Source of the DNA: Alphaproteobacteria bacterium
GTDB taxonomy: Bacteria; Pseudomonadota; Alphaproteobacteria; UBA7887
Assembly (NCBI GenBank): GCA_965216755.1
Contig: CBDCGL010000011.1
Span: forward strand, 864,001 to 928,000
Length of the DNA stretch: 64,000 nucleotides
Direction of reading: 5' to 3'
This document shows, one piece after another, positions 62,731 through 64,000 of this stretch. Every line of letters starts with the position of its first letter. The stretch's first letter is position 1. The translations under genes were made by a program, and so were the position numbers. Under the pieces are notes generated by a model. The model worked only from the letters and a program-made list of their open reading frames with translations, ran no database searches and was not told where the DNA came from.

Positions 62731-63423
62731 TCAGACCAAGGCGCCGTCGCGCAGTGTCAGCACGCGGTCCATTCGGTTGGCGATATCGAAATTGTGGGTC
62801 GCGATCAGCGCGGCCAGACCATCTTGGCGCACGACATTGAGTAATTCTGCAATAACGTGCTCTGACGTTTCCGGATCCAGGTTTCCTGTCGGTTCATCGG
62901 CCAACAAGACACGCGGATTGTTGGCGAGCGCGCGCGCAATGGCGACGCGCTGTTGCTCCCCGCCGGACAATTGCCCGGGTCGATGGCCGGTGCGCGCGGC
63001 AAGGCCAACCCGCCCCAACAAATCCTGCGCCCTGAGCCGCGCGTCGCTGCGGCGGACGCCAGCGATCATGCGTGGCAACATAACGTTTTCGATCGCGGTG
63101 AATTCCGGCATCAAGTGGTGAAACTGGTAGACAAAGCCCAAGGCCTGCCGCCGCATCGTGGTACGCGTGACATCATTCAACTTGCCGCAGGCGGTCTTAC
63201 CGATCCACACCTCTCCACGATCCGGGTGTTCCAGCAAACCGGCAACGTGCAACAAAGTCGACTTGCCAGATCCCGAAGGACCGACCAGCGCAACGACTTC
63301 ACCAGCCGCGACCGAAAGCTCTGCCCCGCGCAACACCGGCACCGGCCGGCCACCTTGCAGATAGGTGCGCTCAATGCGCTTCATGGTCAGGGCCGGTGGC
63401 GCCGCGTCGTTCAGCTCACTCAT
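62731..63423 (-). CDS. lolD: Lipoprotein-releasing ABC transporter ATP-binding protein
   Basis: Motifs GPSGSGKS, LolD motif [17 protein letters not shown] and DEPTGNLD. Confidence 0.95.
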   Translation of the reverse strand: MSELNDAAPPALTMKRIERTYLQGGRPVPVLRGAELSVAAGEVVALVGPSGSGKSTLLHVAGLLEHPDRGEVWIGKTACGKLNDVTRTTMRRQALGFVYQFHHLMPEFTAIENVMLPRMIAGVRRSDARLRAQDLLGRVGLAARTGHRPGQLSGGEQQRVAIARALANNPRVLLADEPTGNLDPETSEHVIAELLNVVRQDGLAALIATHNFDIANRMDRVLTLRDGALV

Positions 63424-64000
63424 AACGAAGTGCTTCGACCGGGTCGAGCCGCGCGGCCCGCCAGGCCGGATAGATTGTCGCCAAAAATGACAACACCAAA
63501 CTCATCACCACGACCGTGCCAACTTCGGTCGGGTCAACTTTCGCTGGCAAATTGGATAGAAAATACACTTCGGCCGGAAACAACTGCCACCCGGTCAGGC
63601 TTTGAATTCCTTGCCGAATATGTTCGATGTTGCTGACGAAGCCATAGCCGAGCAAAAAACCCGCGACAGTGCCGATGACGCCGACCGACGCGCCTGTCAG
63701 GAAAAAGATCCGCATAATCATGCCCCGTGTCGCGCCCATGGTCCGCAAGATGGCGATCCCTTTGCTCTTGTCATGAACCAGCATGATCAGGCTGGATATG
63801 ATATTGAACGCGGCAACGAGAATGATCAGGGTCAAGATCAAGAACATGACATTGCGCTCAACCTTGAGGGCGTTGACAAACTGAGCATTGGCCTGCTGCC
63901 ACGAATAGGCATAAACGTTCTCGCCGGCCAACGCCCGCAGGCCATCTCGCGCGTCGCCCGCCGCCTTGGGCTCGTTGATAAACACCTCGATCTCGTTAAC
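63416..64000 (-). CDS. lolE: Lipoprotein-releasing ABC transporter permease LolC/E, C-terminal part (5' end outside the window)
   Basis: Motifs [29 protein letters not shown] and [18 protein letters not shown]. Confidence 0.93.
   Translation of the reverse strand, partial: VNEIEVFINEPKAAGDARDGLRALAGENVYAYSWQQANAQFVNALKVERNVMFLILTLIILVAAFNIISSLIMLVHDKSKGIAILRTMGATRGMIMRIFFLTGASVGVIGTVAGFLLGYGFVSNIEHIRQGIQSLTGWQLFPAEVYFLSNLPAKVDPTEVGTVVVMSLVLSFLATIYPAWRAARLDPVEALRYE

Overview
GC-rich alphaproteobacterial chromosome segment (Rhodospirillales-like gene order), almost entirely the conserved housekeeping backbone: ntrB(partial)-dusB, ispDF-pgpA-cinA, ratA-lipA-lpdA-pdhCBA, ftsB-eno-kdsA-pyrG-secG-tpiA, ppiD-trpE/G/D/C-moaC-moeA-lexA, comEC, gltX, gltA, gloA, lpxI-lpxA-fabZ-lpxD-skp-bamA-rseP-dxr-cdsA-uppS-frr-pyrH-tsf-rpsB, dnaE and lolD-lolE(partial). 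Small accessory blocks sit between lexA and comEC, gltX and gltA, and dnaE and lolD. I saw no rRNA, tRNA, CRISPR array, integrase or transposase. The best novelty candidate is 59.2-61.8 kb. There, an unknown 83-aa secreted protein follows two CRP-type boxes and carries a C-rich anti-Shine-Dalgarno tract plus a terminator in its 3' UTR (suhB/MmgR-like sRNA candidate). An 89-bp direct repeat of that gene end and RNA brackets a more AT-rich two-gene cassette, like att sites without an integrase. Other oddities are a 1-nt frameshift in pdhB (which also lacks the usual N-terminal lipoyl domain), no lpxB after lpxI, a PecS-like MarR with a perfect operator but no pecM, and a palindromic element between trpD and trpC. 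All calls come from motif recognition by eye; no database searches were run.
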